Shown in pieces: positions 40,765 to 54,686 of a DNA stretch of 64,000 nucleotides; within the stretch, counting starts at the first letter, position 1, and every line of letters starts with the position of its first letter. The notes beneath the pieces are model-generated. The model saw nothing but the letters and a program-made list of their open reading frames with translations. It searched no databases and was not told the DNA's origin. The position numbers and the translations under genes were made by a program. Source of the stretch: Camelus ferus (taxonomy: Eukaryota); NCBI RefSeq assembly GCF_009834535.1, contig NC_045696.1, positions 68,574,001-68,638,000 of the forward strand, in the 5' to 3' direction.

Positions 40765-40965
40765 AAGCAGTGTAATGGATGGTACTCACTTTGGGGATCA
40801 AAAGAACGTTTGAATCCTGGCTCTGCACATTACCAGCTCTGTAACCACAAACAATTCCCCCTGAGTCTCTGTCTCAGATTCTTCACCCACAAAAAGTCAA
40901 GTGTAAAGATTAAATATGAACACATAGTAAAAACTCCTGGCTCATGATAGAAACTCAATAAGGCT
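40765..40965 (+). mobile_element. MIR SINE
   Basis: tttgaatcctggctctgcacattaccagctctgtaacc...aagattaaatatga. Confidence 0.7.
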
Positions 40966-42524
40966 TAAAACAACAATGATAAAGTGACCTTCCAGAATCC
41001 TATCATTAGAGCCTAACAACCCTTTGCACATGCAGAAATAACAGGAGTGGCTCACCCACTGTCTGTAAGAGGTGGATTGATGCTTGCATCAGCCCTTCAC
41101 AAACAGACTGATCGATGGAGCCAGTGATCAGGAAAATTGAATTCCACTGAATACACATTGCTGTCTGCCTGGCATCATCATATTTCAATGAAGCGAAACT
41201 GTAAATAGTGGGAGGCATTTCTGATGAGCTATGTGTTTGGGAATAGGGGATTTTGAAATGTCATTTTGAGCTCAAATTAATCAAATTTTGAGTAACAGAG
41301 TTTGGAGAAAAAAGTTCAATACTGTCTAAGTGGTGAACGAAAGTGAATTTAGTCTTAGCCACAAAATAGCCACAGACAGAAGATTGGTGCTTTCTTCGAC
41401 CTTAGGATAAAGCCTTCTAATATGCTTCCTGTATTGTGCATTCTCCAAACACGTATTTAGAGCATCTCATGTGCCAAGAATTGGGCTAGACACTAGGAAA
41501 ACTTGGATGTAGTGGAGATAGTTAGGTCCTGCCATTAGTCACTGTTCAGTGGGCATAGAGAATGTTTGAATAAAATCCAGGTATCCTTTGAGATCACTGT
41601 GCTCCTTGGAGCTCTGGTTAAACCTGGCCGTAATCCACATCCCACGTCCTGAGATATTCCAAAGCCCTCCCTCACATTTCGGTTAGAACCCTCTATTTAC
41701 TGCTTGTCTTTGAGCCAGTGCCCACATGACCTGTCTTTGCCTGCAATACTCTGGACTCAGACCCTTCAGCAGTGCCCTGGGAAATCGACTTTTAGCAAGT
41801 ATTTTGTAATGGTTTATAGAATTTACTCAAGATTTTAAGGAAATCATGGTATGGGTCACATCATAGAGTGGTTGACCTCATATTTCTCCTGTAATAATAA
41901 TAATCCCTCTTTGATTTTGAGCGAAGTAGTTCTGATTTGTTTTACATCCCCCTCAGTATAAACTACACCAAACACTTGAAATTTTTCCAAATAAGTACAG
42001 TTCCTTTCCCATAAGAAATTCTGGTGGCTGCTGTCAGCCTAACACCTTCCCCTCTCGTTATATGGATATAATGTCCTAACACATGATGTAAATGCTATTA
42101 GAGAAGTCTTTCTACCTTGGTATGGGATAGGCAGAGGTGGCTTCACAGAATGGGAAACCTTGACATGGGTTTTAGCAGGATAAGTAGGCAAGAGTGGGGA
42201 AAACACTATTGGGAGGAAATGGCAAAACACTTAAAACACAGTGGCATGTTTCTATCTGATCCCTGCTCTGAAGATAAAGTAGAGCCATTGTAGAGCAACA
42301 GTGTTGTGTCTGACACGTGTGAACAGAGTAGTATGTAGGACACCAGTGCCAAATGGAGCCGGTAAGAGGCATCAGGGGATCAGGAAAAATGACGATAAAA
42401 CCAGGAAACTTATTAAGTGAACCCAGCCAAAAATTTTGAAAGAGAGGAAATACCCAGGTATCAGGCATGGGGTGGAAACTAGATGAGGGAGAAGGTTTGA
42501 AGGGAAGCTGGGAAAGTGGATCTT

Positions 42525-42700
42525 CAGCACTGATTCTCAAATTAGCTATACACTGAAATCACCTGGCAAGCTTCCAAAACCTTCCTGCCTGAGGCCACCC
42601 AGAGATCTTGACTTCATTGGTCTGGGGTGTGGCCTGGGCATAGGATGGTTGATAGCTCTCCAGGTGATTCTAATATGCTGCCAAAGTTGAGAGTCGCTGC
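42525..42700. mobile_element. MER5A-type DNA transposon
   Basis: gattctcaaa...gaaatcacctgg...ggtctggggtgtggcctgggcat...ccaggtgattctaatatgctgccaaagttgagagtcgctg. Confidence 0.8.
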
Positions 42701-43124
42701 ACAAGGAAATGCCCAAAGATGATGCTAATAACAGTAGCAGCTTATTTATAAAAAAACTTCTACCCGCTTTGAGCCTGGGGTTGGAGGGGAGGGTAAAGAA
42801 GAGACATTGGAAATTTTAAAAACAGAAGCCTAGCATGGGAAATTTTGAACCATGAACCAGGACTAGTCATATTTTAAACTTAAAATATAATTCTAAGGGG
42901 ATATTTTTTGAACTGTGATCAGAGGCAGATGTAATACTTGCTAAAATGCGTATTTCTGAGCTCCATATTGGAATCTGTTGAAGTGGAATGGGACTGAGAA
43001 TCCACATTTTACAAACTCCATGGATGATTCCTGTGCACATTAGAGTTTAAGGATCACTGTTCTGTAGCAGGTAATTAGCATATTTTATATTGTGTAGGAT
43101 AACAAATAGCACCAAGAGTAATGG

Positions 43125-43340
43125 ATCTTCTCAGTGAACACATACTATGTCCAAATGTTGTATATATAGATTATTTCATTTTACCCTTAGATGAACACTT
43201 GGAAATAAGTATTGTTTACCTTTGCTTTACAGATGAGGCAACTGAGGGTCAGAGATGTGAAATAACTTGCCCAGAACAGTAGAGCTAGTTAGGGGCAAAC
43301 CCAGCCTTCAAACCATCATCTTGATCCAAAGCCACAGTGC
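43125..43340 (-). mobile_element. MIR SINE
   Basis: tttacagatgaggcaactgagggtcagagatgtgaaataacttgccc. Confidence 0.8.
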
Positions 43341-43346
43341 TATGTG

Positions 43347-43475
43347 CATGGTTATATTCAAATTTCTGTCAGTAAGACCACAATAAAAACCCTGGACCCC
43401 AGGGGTTGAGATAAGCTTCCTGGTAGGTGAACACATTGATGTGCCAGGAGGGCGATTGTCCTGATTCCACTTTTA
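43347..43475. mobile_element. MER21-like LTR fragment
   Basis: caataaaaaccctggac...agcttcctggtaggtgaacacattgatgtgccaggaggg. Confidence 0.55.
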
Positions 43476-44947
43476 TGGACACTTTGTAATAACCCCTTAT
43501 GTTCCCACCAGTATATGAGGCATGTTTATGTCCATCTCTGATATGTTGTGGGCAGACTGGCACTTATGGAATGCCTGCTGAAGGTATAGGGAGGCAGAAA
43601 TTCCCACATCATTTGGATTTTTCTGAAAGGGCCTATCTTTTCCTCCAAGTAAGGAAAGCTAGAGGTCTGTTTTCAATTCAGGGCAAAATATTTTTTTCGT
43701 AAATGGATATAGCAGCCCAGAGCACAACAGCAGATTCTCTGAAGTCTTGGTGGATTAGCTCGAGAATGTAGCCCCAGGCAGACGGGCTGCAAGAGCCCTC
43801 TGACACAGTCACATTGGCCCAGTGGCTGGCTCCTGCCTTGTCTGCAGTCAAACCCGACCTTGACCTCATCTGACCTGTTTCCTGAGACCTTCCTGGAAAA
43901 CCAGCCTGGTCCCCCTCTCTTCTCTGCTTAGGCCCTTGCTGTGCTTTTTCCGTTTTCCTCTGTCCTGCCCTCTCCTCAAAGACATGGATCTCATCTTTTA
44001 TGCTCAGCCTTTTCCCGGGTGCTTGGCCCACCTGCTATGACTTTGCAGCTACACGTTACCAACACAGGTGTCTATTACCCTGGCAGCTGTGGTGAAATGT
44101 AAAGAACCCCAGACCTGGAGTCAGCAGCTCTGTTTGTGCCTTAGTTCTACAGCATGGCATTGGGTGAGCCACTTGCTTGTTTGAACATTTCCTCAGAAAT
44201 CAGAACACAATTCACCATATCATCCAGATATAATTATTTGCCCACATCCCTGAACTTGTTCATGTAACCTGGAGTGGGACTGAGCCCAGTCCTCCATCCT
44301 GAATTTGTCATTAGCCATGTCTTTTACCCAAGACCCTGGTGGAGGAGGGAATGTTTTTGCTGTTCCCATGAACTCATTCAAGCTACATCAGGTCAGTAAC
44401 TCCTCCTGCACTGATGGGGGAGAGGGAGGTGTAGTAGGGAGCATTTTCTCTCCAGCTACTCCCCCTTCCAAGGCAGAAGAATTTGCTAATTGTCCAGAGC
44501 TAGGACATTCAATAAGCCCAGTTTACTTGTAGCCCAGTTTACTGTACCTTATATAAGCAGCTGTGTTCTCTCTTGCTTTTTGGCCTGAAACCCAGGTAAA
44601 GCCTGGCCCTAGGCTAGATTGGTCATCTTTGTTGGCCTTTGACTTCCACTCATGGCTGATTGAGTAAGCACATTCCAGGTCCTTCTGGGGCCAATTCTCT
44701 TTCTTTTTGCATGGATATCCCTGAATTTATGAGTCCCCAGATAGAGATTTGATGCTTAGAAAGGCAGTTAATCGGCTTAACTCATGTTCTCTAAATCAGC
44801 TTTTAACAGACAGCCCTTTATCAGGGATTATCAGACCCTGGGCCTCAGTGGCAAGGTGGCAGTTTTGTTACCCTACTGCTGCAGCTTACCGTGTAATCAG
44901 CAACAACCAAGAGCTCTGTGCTGAAGAAAAGAGTCAGGCATTCTCAG

Positions 44948-45620
44948 TGTTACAGAAGCACAGGTCCCGCTGCTTGCCACTCAAAAGCTAATACTCAAGA
45001 GGCAAGTGTTGGTAGAAAGGAAAGTTTACTTTGTTCTGGAGGCCAGCACCTGGGGGAGAGGGTGGACTTATGTTCAGAGGCCCACTCCTCACTGCCAATC
45101 AGTGGGCAAGAGCTTTTAAAGGGGACTTTCAGGGTTGTATAGGCAGAGGGAGGGGCTATATGCAGAACAGCACAGTCAACTCTGATGGTCCTCTTGAAAT
45201 TAGTCATTTGGTGGTCTGATCAGTGTCATCTTCAGTTCCAGGGTTGATTTGTTTCCATTTATTTGAGGCCTGATCTCAGAATTGTGGCAGCTTATGTCAT
45301 GGCTATAGTTTGGTCATCAGGTAGTTAACTTCTCCCACCTGGTGCATGTTTCAGAATCTACAAAACAGCTCAAAGGATATGGCTCAGAATATTAGCTATA
45401 GCCCTTGAAGGAGGAACTAAAGGCCCTTGACTTTGCTTAATGACTAAAGTGTTATTATTTTGTTTTGCTTAACTATTTCCCTTTATATCTGTATTTTCTT
45501 ATTTCTCTGATTAAATTTATTCTTTGACTAAAGTTTTTCTACAGACAAGAGGCAGGCAGAGGACATGGGATTTAGGGGGGTCTGTCCTGGGAAGGCCCAA
45601 TGGGGTCCTGCTCCATTTCA
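44948..45620 (-). mobile_element. Cetartiodactyl ERV1 solo LTR (MER41_BT/ALTR2-like)
   Basis: tgttacagaag...ggcaagtgttggtagaaaggaaag...ggatatggctcagaatatt...ggggtcctgctccatttca with TG..CA ends. Confidence 0.75.
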
Positions 45621-45887
45621 ATCAAGCCTTCAGCCAAAATACTATTATTGTGCAGCCAAAGTGTCCTTCTTTACTTCTAACCATGCCTACATGCTCTCAC
45701 CCACCAAGCACCCAAGTCCCATTCTGACTGCAGACACCAGAAATTTTTTTTTTTTAATTTTATCTCCCCCATCTCCACCTACCCACCCAGTGGTGGCACA
45801 CAGCAGGTATACAATGCTACTTGATAAGTTACTAACACCCAAACCTACCAACAACTTTGGCGAACATCTCACACACACACACCCACC

Positions 45888-45888
45888 C

Positions 45889-45936
<48 letters not shown>
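45888..45936. repeat. (TCA)n trinucleotide microsatellite
   Basis: ~16 units visible. Confidence 0.95.
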
Positions 45937-45941
<5 letters not shown>

Positions 45942-47432
45942 CAAAACAAAAAATTTGATGCTAAGGGAATTTGGTCCTCAAGTTGTCATTCCTAAGTGGG
46001 CGATTTGGGATAATTAAAATCATGAGGAGTCCAAAAGTGGAAGAATTTGTCATGTTTGACGTTGGCATATTTTAACCAATTTAAAAAATTGCTTCCGCAT
46101 CAGCAACATGGCCAATTTACATGTACTTCAGTAATGAGGAAGGAAATATGCAGACACTGAACGTGAGAAGGAGAATAACCATGAGGCAGGGGAGACAAGG
46201 AGCCATCTTAAAAGGAGGAGGAGAAAGAAATGAGAAAGAAAAGGAAAATAATTTAAGACACTAAAGAGAGGGTAAGTAACACAGGAGAAGACATCAGTGT
46301 AGATAAACATCCTCCTTATCCAAATTTAGAATGTTAGAGCAGCCAGGGAACTGTAGGATCCTGATATACGGGAGAAGAAACAAAAGCTGAAGAGGAAACA
46401 AATGACTCAAAGGCCCTTTCGGTGTTGGGGCTGGACTGCAGGTCTCCTGGTGAACAGAGATGTGCTCCTTCCCCGAAATCATGATGGTTCCGTAGTTATG
46501 TTGTCATATTCTTTTCAGCGTGATCAACCCCCGGTATATAATAGGTGAATAATAATTGTTTGTGGAGGGGAGAATACAATGCAACATGCTGACAGAGTCT
46601 AAAACCATTTGTATTGCTGTTGGGTTATTTTTCAAGGTGAAGAATTTTGAATTGTGTATGATTTAATGCCTCTCCATTGAGCCTCCCTGGGTTTTGCCTT
46701 ACCAGGTACCCCTACCCTGATCCATATCACAGCCTTCCTAGCTTCCCAAAGCCCTCACTTGTTTCTCTTCTTTTATTTTGTGGTGGTCACTTTTTACTTG
46801 GTAATACTCTCCCTGCCCTCTTTTTTTGGTCTGTCTTGTCTTCCTTACTAGATTACAAGCACTTTGAGATCCGAGATCCCACCTTGTCTGTTATATGGAC
46901 TCAACTGCATTGAACTCGGAGACTGGGTTGAGAGCCAGCTCTCACCCTGTTAAACCCTGAGGGTCAATTGTCTCAATCTGTAAAATGCTGATAAGGAGTC
47001 TCTGGACTCTGCATCTCACAGGATGCCTATGAGACTCACCTGTGCTGTTATGAACTGTTACAAGAGTTTGGTTGGGTGTTATAGAAATGGCAGGAGTGTG
47101 GCTGCTGTTGATGTCCGCCTCCCTTGCGACACTTGTCATTTAGCCTTGTGTAGGGTACCACCCTGCAACGTGTTGGTTGAATGAACAATACAGCAATCAC
47201 ATTAGCATCTTCTATTTTAAACTAAGCCCCTTCTCCATCCAAATGAACAGAATCTTCTGTTTTCTACATCTTTAGTGACAGCAAAACTTCATTTTGTGTT
47301 TCTTTTCAAGTTTTCAGAACTTCCTATAAATATTTTTAAGGAATAAAAATTCTCAATTCTCTTCTTATAATTCTTGGACAAGAATCTTGGGTCAAACCCC
47401 TCCACAGACCTCAAGTCTATCTGCAAGACTAA

Positions 47433-47858
47433 GTACCATATGATCTAGCAATTCCACTTCTGGGTATTTATCTGAAGAAAACAAAAACACTAACTCAATA
47501 AGATATATGCACACCGTATTCCCATGTTTATTGCAGCATTATTTGCAGTACTCAAGATATGGAAACAAGCTAAGTGTCCACTGACAGACAAATGGATAAA
47601 GGAATACTACTCATAAAAAAGAATGAAATTGTGCCATTTGCAGCAACATGGATGGACCTCAAAGGCAGTATGCTAAGAAAAATAAGTCAGAAAGAGAAAC
47701 ACAAATACCGTATGATCTGTCTTATATGTGGAATGTGAAAAACAAACAAACAAATGAAAAACAAGCTCATAGATACAGAGAACAGATTGGTGGTTGCCAG
47801 TGGCAAGGAGTAGAAGGTGGGAGAAATGTGTGAAGGGGTTCAAAAGATAAAAAGAAAC
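47433..47858 (+). mobile_element. L1 3' fragment (end of ORF2 and 3' UTR, L1MA9/laurasiatherian type)
   Basis: ccatatgatctagcaattccacttctgggtatttatc...ccatttgcagcaacatggatggacct...cagattggtggttgccag. Confidence 0.85.
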
Positions 47859-47859
47859 A

Positions 47860-48050
47860 AATTTTAGGCTTTACAGGCTGTATCACAACCATTATCTGTC
47901 ACAATCACTCAACTCTCTCATTGTGGGACTAAAGTAGCCATAGACAATATGAATAAATGAGTAAGTATGGCTGTGTCTCAGTAGAACTTTATTTACTAAA
48001 GCAAGCAACAGGCTGGACTTGGCCCAAGGCTGTAGTTTACTGATCCCTGA
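47860..48050. mobile_element. MER58A-like DNA transposon
   Basis: attttaggcttt...gccatagacaatatg...aactttatttactaaagcaagc...gtagtttactgatccctg. Confidence 0.75.
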
Positions 48051-48377
48051 TCTAGAAGATAATTATTTATGGTTTCTGCTGTTTAGTAGGTTAAGAGCTG
48101 AACATCATAATTGTGGTTGTTTTTCTAATAGATGGTATGGAGATTCACTGTTCTACTGACTTCGCTTATGTAGACTAAGTTATGCAGTAAAAAATAATTG
48201 AAGGTCACTGCATCACACAGCTCTGAAATCATGAAGTGCCTAGCCTGTGTGGCCAAATGCAGCAACACTAAATGTATGTAAAGTGGTTTTTCTGTAGTTC
48301 TCATTTGAGACCTGATTAAGGCAAAGAAATTGATAATGTACTCATTCGTTTATCCATCCAATGTATTGACTTAGAAA

Positions 48378-48445
48378 AATTAAATTAAATTAAATTAAAT
48401 TAAATTAAATTAAATTAAATTAAATTAAATTAAATTAAATTAAAT
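48378..48445. repeat. (TTAAA)n pentanucleotide microsatellite
   Basis: ~13 perfect units. Confidence 0.95.
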
Positions 48446-48449
48446 GTTT

Positions 48450-49860
48450 CTGGGGTCATGATACTTCTGAGGCACTAAGCAAAACAAATGCAGATCTTCT
48501 CTGGGAGGACATTTCCACAACCCATATCATGCTGAATTCCCAGTCACATCCATATTATCATTGAAAATATGCCCACACTCAAAAATTCCAAGAGAAAACT
48601 GCATAAGAAAAAAAAAAGAGTAAATACACACAACAAACAGGAGAGTCTGCACGTCAAGAACTTACCCCACCTAGGGGAGATTACAACATAAATGTTTAAT
48701 ATGATAAAGATGTGAAATTAACTATCAAACTATAAGAAAAAATAAGACTCCATTAAAAAAGAAAAAAGGAATGGGCAGATTTGCGATAGAAGCAAATGGT
48801 ACCTCTAAAAATGGAAAAACCAAAATCATTGAAATTGAAAACTTGATGGACAGCTTAGACAACAGATTAGACACAGTTGCAGATAGAACTAGTGCCTGGA
48901 AACAGATCTTAGGACATTAACTAGAGACAGCTATCCTTTAATAGGAATTCAAAAGGAAAGAAGGAAGGTTGGAAGGGAGTCAGTATTCGATGAGATAAAG
49001 GCTGAGAATTTTCCACAGTTGAAAAAAGACATGAACCTTTGGACTTTGGAGATTTATAATGCACCCAGAGCAGCAAAAAGAAAAAAATGAATCCACATTT
49101 AAACATACTTTGAAGTAAAAATGAAGAATACCGAGACGAGAAGGAGATCTTTAAAGTTACCAAAGAGAGAAGAGAAATTATCCACAGGACTAAATTGGAC
49201 TAAAATAACTTCTTTGCATCAAACCTAAAAACCTGAGGACAGTGGAATATTATCTTCCATGTGTTGAAGGAGTGATATACGACAAACGATGAAGAGAAAA
49301 CATATATAACTGTTATGCCTAAATCTAAATAAGCATTAAAAAAATTAGTGACTAATTGAGAATGTTTAAAACAGGCAGTACAAAACTGTTGATAACCAAT
49401 TACATGGGATTTGGGATAAGGATTATCAGTGGTTCTGCTTAGGAGGAGGGCAGAGGTTCTGATTAAATAGGGATCATTTTGAATATCAACTAGGCATATT
49501 AAAGATGTAAAGGTAATACCTAAAGACAAGGGATAGAAGGTAGGATTCCAAACTAGTAGAGGGAAAAAATAATAAAGCTCAATAAATCGAATAGATAATA
49601 AATAGTTCATATGTAATAAAAATATTAGCAATAACAACATAGGAATAATACACACAAACTTCAGGATGGTGGTTACTTATGAGGATGGTCATTTGAGGAT
49701 TTGGAATTCAGCTGGATTTTAATGTTGTATTGATAGCGAGAGAGAAAGAAAGAAAAATAGAATAATATGGCCAAAGGTTAACTGTTACACTAATTAGGTG
49801 GAAGCTTTATGGGAGTCTGATAACTTGATATATTATGTACGCTATTTTAAAACTGTGATA
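48450..49860 (+). mobile_element. HAL1/ancient L1 ORF1-like relic
   Basis: gaaattgaaaacttgatggacagcttagacaacagattagacacag, ggctgagaattttccacagttg, gacagtggaatattatcttc, cttcaggatggtggttac. Confidence 0.7.
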
Positions 49861-51189
49861 TAACTAAAGGAAAAGAAGCGAATGGCACAGATTAGGAATT
49901 AGGAAGTCTGCATTCAATTTCAGGCTCTGACTCTAACCTACTCTCTGACCTTGGACATCACTAACCTGTTCCGGGTCTCATTGTCCTCTATTGAAGAATT
50001 AATGTATTGGAGTAGATGATCTCTTAGTCACAACTTTACATTTCTATGACTTCCCAGTCATCTCTCCATTTTGATTTGCTCCCTGAGCCATAGAACTGAA
50101 AGGAAATGGGGATCATCTCATCTAAACCTCTTATTTTATAGCTGGGAAACTAAGGTCCAGAGAGGAGGCATGGCTTTCCCAGAGATCTGGTAACATAAAC
50201 CCCAATTCAGGCTGTTTCCATAAGCTCTAAGGATTTATCTGCCTCTCCATGGTGGTCTGAGGGCAGAGGAGAGAATGTCTACAGTGGAGGAGTCACCAAA
50301 ATAGGTAAGGACAACCTATTAGCACTAAACATTGACTAAATGAGACCCAGTATTACTCTGTATTAAGTCAAGCTGTGAAGTTGGATGCAGGGGGCATTTT
50401 ATATGTCAGCACTGTAGCAATTATGAATGAACTGACTAATAAGTAAACAAACAAATACTAGGAAATTGGGCCTCTTTTAGTGCTTCAAATTCACAGTAAC
50501 ACCCTGTTAACACAAACTTCAAGTATTAACACTAATAACCACACTAATCACAGGCATGAAAACTCCAAATTAATTCAAATGCTGCTCAATAGATCATCAC
50601 TGCGTCCTCACTGCCTGTTCCTTTCCTAACTGTTCAGATCTCCATGCGGTAATTAAATACATTAAAATGTAAAACCAGCTTTTGTTCTCAAGGGGAAAAA
50701 TGAAAAAGGGAGCTGAATAACATCATTGGTGATGAAACTGTGACTTCTCAGAACATTACATCCAAATTCTTGGCCCTTTTCTTCTGAAACAGCAGCTCTC
50801 CCACACTGGGATCCAGCTGCCAGGCTGGATGCACAGCATTTCTCATGGAGGAGGAAGGCATGGCTTAATGAAGAGGATGAGCATCGGACTTGGAGACAGA
50901 AGACCTATGCTGAGGCCATTGCTCTGCCTCATATGGCTATAAGACCTTGGTTTTATAAATCATGGTTTCTCTCTGGCCTAAATTTTTCTCATTTGTCATT
51001 TGTAAAACAGAAATGAGATCTCCTCTTCCAGGCTGATTGTAGGAATCCAGTGAAATGATGAAAATGAAAGTGACATTAACATACTTTACAGAATGAGCTA
51101 TTATTCTCCATGATGCTCAGAAGTTCACAGAAGCATCAATTTATTCTTGTAGTGAGGTGTGGGAACACCCAGTGCAGTGTGAGAAAATA

Positions 51190-51560
51190 AGGTCTATGTA
51201 TTGTTTACACTAAGACCTATTAAGGGTTGCATTTTAAGATAAAATATAATCATGATTCCTACACAGATATAAAATCAATATATGTCAGAGATTTTATTTA
51301 ACTCATTAATTAATGAGAGAACCAGTAGATGGTACAGTGAATTCAGGAGCAAACTCGCAGTCATATATTTTTAGCCAAGAATAGAATGCTGAAATGAATT
51401 TACAAAAGGATGCAAAAGTGGCCACTATCTACAGGGTGATAATTATTTGCATTCCACTAGACACAATTTGCATTTCTATGGGCCGGGATTATTTGCATTA
51501 CTATCAGTTTTCTACAAATTAATTTCTATCTGTACTGAGTTGCAAAATAGTCTAGTCAAA
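51190..51560. mobile_element. Probable old LTR (LTR37-like)
   Basis: ttaactcattaattaatgagagaaccagta resembles the recalled LTR37 motif; boundaries uncertain. Confidence 0.4.
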
Positions 51561-52099
51561 GGCAAGGTGAGGCAGAGATAACCCAGGTGGATGAGCTAAT
51601 CAGGACAACCACTAAATGTCAAAGTCACAATTTTTCCCTTGCAGACCCTTGATTAAAAGAATCCCAAACCTACTTAAATTCTAGTTTCATTACTTTCCAA
51701 TGATACAAACTTTAGGTAAAAAGTGGGAAAAACCCCGGGCTGGGCTCTGGGCTCAACAGTCCTAGCTCCCCAGCAACTTTATTGTGTGGATGAACTTGGC
51801 CAAGCCTCCCCCCTCCAGGTCTTTGTTTCCCTGTTTGAAAAACAAGTGCATTGGACCAGCTGACTACTAGTCCTATGTGAGAAACCAGTGAGTGTGGACT
51901 GAAAAATGCTTTATACAACCGAGACAGTTTTACCTCCAAAGAGGATATATTACTATTATTCAGCCGCTCTGCAAAGAGAAAGAAACCTCATGTGGCTTTC
52001 CAATTGCTTTGTCTCCTAACATTCATTAGTTTAGAAAGACAAAGACAATATAGGAATTGTCAAAGAGAGATAATGGAAAGAGTATTTTTGCATGCTATC

Positions 52100-52510
52100 T
52101 GTGATGGTTAACTTTATGTCAATTTGGAAGATATTTTTGGATGAGATTAACATTTAATCAGTGAAATTTGAGTAAGCCGATTGCTGTCCAGCATTTGGGT
52201 GGGCCTAACCCAATCAGTTGAAGGCCTGAATAGGACCGAAAAATTAGTCTCCTAGAGCAAGAGGGAATGCTCTAGTAGATTACCTTCAGACTTCATCTGT
52301 ACCATCACTGTCCTGGGTCTTCAGGCTGCCAGCCTTTGGACTGGAATGGCACTATTAGCTTTCCTGGGCCTTTAACCTGCTGGTTCACATTGTACATTTT
52401 GGACTTATCAGCCCCCAGGATTGTGTGAGCCTATTCCTTATAATAAATGTGTTTGTCTCTATATACATATCCTGTTAGTCCTGTTTCTCTGGAAAACTCT
52501 GACTAATACA
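52100..52510 (+). mobile_element. MLT2 (ERVL) solo LTR
   Basis: tgtgatggttaactttatgtcaa...tttggatgagattaacattt...tgtttctctggaaaactctgactaataca; TSD ctatc/ctacc. Confidence 0.85.
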
Positions 52511-53878
52511 CTACCCATTACCCAAATGGGAGTCTCCACAGAGGTGGTAGTAAGCACTTATAGCTCTACTCATGGACACTCTGTGCAACCTCAGGAGGTA
52601 CTTTCTAATAAGAGCTGGGAACCCTACTTTGTGGGAGGGAGCAAGGCCTGGTTAGTGGCCCCAGTGACCATGGAGTGTACCTGGCATTCCCACCGAGGAC
52701 CCTTGGCTCTGGTCCAGAATGACTACCCCCTCTCCAGGGCAGAAGTCATATCAACAGACATTCTTGGCTTTCCTGAGAAGTGAGCTATGAGAAAATGTCA
52801 GGGAACTTGAGAACAGGAGGGCAAGGATAGAGGGAAGGTTATGGCCAAGTCATAAAGCTCCTGGGAGAAGAAACAGACTCCTGGAATGAGGTTTAGTACC
52901 TACTTTTACTGAGACTCAAAATGAGGACACAGTAGTACCACTGTACTATCACTGATTGAGTCCAGCTGATGTGCCAGACACTGTGCTAAGTACACTGTGC
53001 ATAAGTTATCACATGTGATCATATCTGTGCTGGAAGTAGAGATATTATCCCATTTCCACAGATGAGGACATTGAGCTTAGGAAGGGCAAGTAACTCACCC
53101 TAAGTCACCCAGCCCCTGGAAGAAATGAGAGACATCCCTAAGAAAACAGTGTGGCTGAAGACCAAGGCCAGTGAAGGAGAAACTAAGAACAGCCAGTGAG
53201 CACCCACTACAGGAGCTCAGGAGAAGAGGAAAGAGAGTGGGAGAATTGGAAAGGGGGTCAAGCAGGCAGTCAGCTACCTGAGAATGGCTCAGATTGGGGT
53301 CAGAATCTTCATTTCTCCCTCCCAAAGACTAGCTGCTGCTCCTTTGTACATTTTGCTGGCAATCAGTGATCACCAGCAACATGTCATCTTTCCTAAATTA
53401 AACCTTGTTAGAGTCAGCCAAGGAAGGCGTTCTGGTTGGCAGGATGTTGCTTTTGTGGGCTCAGCCAGCTCCAGCACCTCCCATGAACAGAGGCCATTTA
53501 CCAGTTATTGATACTTTTCATTTTCTAACAATTACCTCCCATTTTAGAGATACTGAGGAGCCACTGATGCAAGGTCACATTTCTGCATGCCCAGGTTTCT
53601 GGAGGGAACTCCTCTGGCATACTGAGTGAGGCATGTGATAGAGAATGAATTACAAGGCAAAAGAGTTTCCTCCACATTGGGCTTGCTTGAAGAGTGGTGC
53701 AGGTCTATGTGTGGTCAGAAGAGTGGGCTGGAGACTACCAGCTCTGCCACTTCGAAGCTGTGCAGTCTTGGACAAGTGGCTTCACTTTTCTGAGTTTCTG
53801 AAAATGGAGATGTACTGCAGGCCTATTATGAGAGCCAAATGAATGTGCAAATGTAAAGGAGGCTTTACACTTTAAAGC

Positions 53879-54210
53879 TAGGGTCAGCAAACTTTCTCTG
53901 TAAAGGGTCAAATAGCACATAACTCAGCCTTGGTGGGTCAGATAGTCTCTGTTGCTGATACTCAATTCTGCCATTGCAGCATGCAGGCAATTGTAGTCAA
54001 TACATAACAATGGATGTGGTTATGTTTTGATAAAACTTTATTTGTGGATGCTGAAATTTAAATTTCATATAATTTTCATGTCATGAAATATTATTCTTCT
54101 TTTGATTTTTTCCAACTATTTAAAATGCAAAAACCACTCTTATATCTAAGCCAGACAAAATGAGAAAGCCCGCCAGATTTGGCCGCTGGGCCACTGATTG
54201 CCAGCCTCTG
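53879..54210. mobile_element. MER58B-like DNA transposon
   Basis: agggtcagcaaactttctctgtaaaggg...aaaactttatttgtggatgctgaaattt...cagatttggcc...ttgccagcctctg. Confidence 0.8.
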
Positions 54211-54686
54211 CACTGAAGTGCTGTATATGTGTGGAAAACACAGTAGGGGAAGAAGTTTTGTAAAAAGGTAAAGACTGTATTTTTTCTATATTAATGCTGA
54301 ACTTTTAAAAAGCAATTACTTACTAAGCTGGGTGGTGCTACCACAAAGGGACCAGAAGTCTGGGAAGAGAAGCCAGTGTAGACTGGGGCAACCAGAGAAG
54401 GGATTCATGGAAAGTGGGGCATTTGGTTTGAGCTGGAACAAGGAGTGGGATTTTAATAGGTGAGGCCAAGGTCAGAGGGTTTTTTTTTTTTTAAGGTTTT
54501 TAAGGAGGGAAGAACTGTGAGGGCACAGAGGAGAACAAAGGACACCTCATGGAAGACAACAGTGGGAGAGATGTGGTAGTCATGGGCAGGGTCAGGACTC
54601 CAGCCTGAGGCTTCTGGCTCCCACATCAGTGCTCTTTCCGCATTCTAACTGCTTGGTAAATTGTGTGGAATATAGAAAAATCTAAA

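Noticed and set aside
45565..46017. ORFs with poly-Ser (+) / poly-Asp (-)
   Set aside because: Produced by the (TCA)n repeat and LTR end; no coding signature
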